Positions 61,376 through 64,000 of a stretch of DNA of 64,000 bases are shown piece after piece. The position numbers and the translations under genes are program-made. This DNA comes from Bdellovibrionales bacterium (lineage in GTDB: Bacteria > Bdellovibrionota > Bdellovibrionia > Bdellovibrionales > UBA1609): assembly GCA_965205945.1 (NCBI GenBank), contig CBDBIB010000001.1, positions 374,051-438,050 of the forward strand. The letters run 5' to 3'. The first letter of the stretch is position 1, and each line of letters opens with the position of its first letter. The notes under the pieces are model-generated. The model saw nothing but the letters and a program-made list of their open reading frames with translations. It searched no databases and was not told where the DNA came from.

Positions 61376-62398
61376 TTAAATATATAGCTCTGAGGAAGAA
61401 GCTGCCTTTAGTTTTTTTTCTATGGAATGTGGCCTAAAAAATTTACAACTAGAAAGCAAATAAAAATTAGCAAGGATTTTTAAACGACCTTTCTTTATAG
61501 CTGGATTAAAAGAACTCATAGCAGATCTGTGTAAAGAAATTTTTTCCTTAGTTTTCTTACTTATTTCCTTAGTAAAAGGGTTCGGTAGGGTTTTTTGTAT
61601 GTGTCTTTTTAAAAGTTTTAAATGTTTTCGTATAAAATCATGATCACTAGAAAGAACACTGTCATAAAAACTAATGAAAGTCATTTCAGAGTTTGAAAGT
61701 GCACACCCCATCCAAGGTGCTTGCTCTTCACCCATAAAAATAAATTTATTGTTTTGAAAATCACCAAGTTTTTCTTTAGCAATCTTAAATTTTGCAGTAA
61801 TTACGTCAAAATCTTTTGATTTTTTAATCTTTTTCCTAAAGTCGTTAAAAAAATCTTTTTCTGGTAAAATATCATTCAACTCTTGTACCGGGGCTGTCCA
61901 AATAACATGTTCAACTTGAATACGTGTTTTTCCATTAAGTTCAAGCAAGTTATAATTAGAGTCTTTAGAGGTTTTAAAAAGTGCTGTGATTTGACTATGT
62001 AAAAAAATATTTTTTACATTTTGAGTTGAAAAACTATTTTTTTTAATTCCTGTTACAATATAAGTTTTCTTAGATGTAAAAATATCAATAAGATCAATTG
62101 TTGATATCTTTTTATCCCCAAAACCTATAAAAGGTATTAGTCCTTTTTTTCCACTACATAAAGTTTCTAAAAATTCAGTATCATATTTAAAAAGATCTAA
62201 ATTTTTTTCTTGCGTCCAAATTAAAGATTCAAGAGAAAAAAAATTTTCTTCACCCTCCCTCATTAAAGAGCCTCCAAGTTCACCAGAACTTTCAATCAGA
62301 ATGGAATCTTTACCTTTAGTTTGAAGTTTTTTAAAAACACTAAGGCCTACAAGGCCTCCTCCAACTACTAAATATTCAACCTTATTAGGGACTTTCAT
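61376..62398 (-). CDS. Divergent FAD/NAD-binding oxidoreductase-like protein
   Basis: N-terminal VVGGGLVGL...IESSGELGG dinucleotide-binding motif. Confidence 0.6.
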   Translation of the reverse strand: MKVPNKVEYLVVGGGLVGLSVFKKLQTKGKDSILIESSGELGGSLMREGEENFFSLESLIWTQEKNLDLFKYDTEFLETLCSGKKGLIPFIGFGDKKISTIDLIDIFTSKKTYIVTGIKKNSFSTQNVKNIFLHSQITALFKTSKDSNYNLLELNGKTRIQVEHVIWTAPVQELNDILPEKDFFNDFRKKIKKSKDFDVITAKFKIAKEKLGDFQNNKFIFMGEEQAPWMGCALSNSEMTFISFYDSVLSSDHDFIRKHLKLLKRHIQKTLPNPFTKEISKKTKEKISLHRSAMSSFNPAIKKGRLKILANFYLLSSCKFFRPHSIEKKLKAASSSELYI

Positions 62399-62411
62399 AA
62401 TTTTAATAACA

Positions 62412-64000
62412 TTACATCAAATCAACAGGGTCAACATTTATACTGATTCTAGACTGTGGTGGTAACTTTCCTAAAGCCTTAAGAACCCTCTTTATAAACT
62501 GCTGATGTTTTAAATCTTGTGAAAATTTTAAAACCACTTGAAAACGATATTCATTGCGTATTTTTCCTATAGGGGCTGGACAAGGACCCAAAATGCCTAA
62601 GTCTGAAAATTGAGGCCAGGCCGTTTTAAGTTGACTGCTAAGTTGAGCAAGCCTTCTAGCTAATAACTCTCCGGTTTTTTCAAATTTTGCTTTGATTAAA
62701 AAAGCAACCATTTTAGTAAATGGAGGGTAGTTAAAACTTTGTCTTATTTTAAGCTGTTCTAAGGCAAAATCCTCAAAGTTTTTTTCATTTAAATTTTCAA
62801 AAATTTTATGCTCAGGAGATCTTGTTTGAATAATAATTTCAGCCTTTTGTTCCCTCCTTCTACCCACTCGCCCAATAACTTGTAGAATCTGTTGCAGACT
62901 TTTTTCAGAGGATCTAAAATCTGGAAAAGACAGTGCTTGGTCAGCATCTAAAATACCCATAAGAGTTAAATTCGTAAAATCTAAACCTTTTGCTATCATT
63001 TGAGTTCCAATAATGATCTCAAAATTTTGGTCTTCAATATCTTTAATAGCACATGAAAGCTGATTCTTTGTATGAATTTCATCACGATCAAATTTTAAAA
63101 TTCTAACATTTGGAAAAATAATATTTAAATCCCTAAAAACCTGTTCAGTTCCAAGCCCAATCCTTTGAATTCTTTTATCATTACATTTAAAGCACTTAAC
63201 AGGAGCCTTCTCACCGTATCCACAGTAATGACAATAAAGATCATTTTTATTATGTAAGGTTAACGATACATCACAGTTTAAACATTTAAAGCCCTGACCA
63301 CAAGAATAACACTGTATACAAGAGGCCCAACCCCGACGATTTAAAAAAAGTGCTACTTGTTTTTTTCTAGACAAATGGTTTTCAATGCTATTTTTTAACT
63401 CCTTACTTAACCAAAAAGGATCACTTTTTTCTTTTGTCATATCAACAATTTTAGGTATAAAAACCCTTTGATTAAACACTTTCTCCTTTAAACGAATGTA
63501 TGAGTATTTGCCTCTTTTAACATTGTTAAGACTTTCAAGGCTTGGTGTTGCCGACCCTAAAACAATCGGGATGTTTTTAAGTTGTGCTAATTTTAAGGCT
63601 GCATCTCTTGCGTGATATAAAAACTTTTCTTCTTGTTTAAAACTAGATTCATGTTCTTCATCTAAAATAATCAATCCAATATTTTTAGAAGGGCAAAAGA
63701 GTGCTGAACGTGGACCTATTAAAATCTTTGTCTTCCCCTCAATAAAATCATACCAGGAATTAGTTTTTTGTCTTAAAGTAAGTTGACTATGGTAAACAGA
63801 AATCAGACCTCCAAAGCGTTCTATGAATCGCTTTTCAAGTTGTGGAGTTAGTGAGATTTCAGGAAGTAAGAAAAGTCCTTGTTTATTTTGTTTTAAAATC
63901 ACTTCTCCAAAAAGCTCCATATAAATTTCAGTTTTACCAGAACTAGTCACACCGTGAAGAAGGTGGGTTTTAAAATTATTAAGAGGTTTTATTTTATTTA
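62412..64000 (-). CDS. priA: Primosomal protein N' (5' end outside window)
   Basis: LLHGVTSSGKTE, LLPEISLTPQ, DEEH, two Cys-pair zinc motifs, GTQMIAKGLDF. Confidence 0.97.
   Translation of the reverse strand, partial: NKIKPLNNFKTHLLHGVTSSGKTEIYMELFGEVILKQNKQGLFLLPEISLTPQLEKRFIERFGGLISVYHSQLTLRQKTNSWYDFIEGKTKILIGPRSALFCPSKNIGLIILDEEHESSFKQEEKFLYHARDAALKLAQLKNIPIVLGSATPSLESLNNVKRGKYSYIRLKEKVFNQRVFIPKIVDMTKEKSDPFWLSKELKNSIENHLSRKKQVALFLNRRGWASCIQCYSCGQGFKCLNCDVSLTLHNKNDLYCHYCGYGEKAPVKCFKCNDKRIQRIGLGTEQVFRDLNIIFPNVRILKFDRDEIHTKNQLSCAIKDIEDQNFEIIIGTQMIAKGLDFTNLTLMGILDADQALSFPDFRSSEKSLQQILQVIGRVGRRREQKAEIIIQTRSPEHKIFENLNEKNFEDFALEQLKIRQSFNYPPFTKMVAFLIKAKFEKTGELLARRLAQLSSQLKTAWPQFSDLGILGPCPAPIGKIRNEYRFQVVLKFSQDLKHQQFIKRVLKALGKLPPQSRISINVDPVDLM

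Overview
AT-rich bacterial chromosomal window, mostly housekeeping genes. Gene content and conserved hypotheticals suggest a deltaproteobacteria-like lineage, probably Bdellovibrionota (inference). Bases 1-39.6 kb are mainly minus-strand core genes: nadK, M3 peptidase, pal-cpoB-tsaD-rsmA-smpB, HK/RR-rsmD-coaD-aminotransferase, nfeD-qmcA-flgM-csrA-prmA-rsmE, eno, cpaF, and queA-tgt-yajC-secDF-recJ-queC-DUF366. An intact tRNA-Leu(GAG) at 40292-40378 is preceded by three decayed 5'-half copies and followed by a probable ~10 kb island. The island carries MipA, a DedA/ATP-grasp fusion, a secreted YHS protein and a tightly packed operon in which three different redox proteins are each fused to a Rieske [2Fe-2S] domain: a TPP/FAD enzyme, an MsrQ-like heme-b membrane protein and a GATase-less glutamate-synthase FMN domain. 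The operon also encodes a Cys/His-motif membrane-anchored protein. It is the best candidate for an undescribed system. The rest is fumC, tauE, a SAM methyltransferase, dinB, ileS-lspA-lgt and priA. Several gene relics (TonB-receptor plug, FG-GAP repeat, frameshifted MltD, collapsed flagellar locus) suggest genome erosion. No CRISPR array, rRNA, integrase or transposase was seen.
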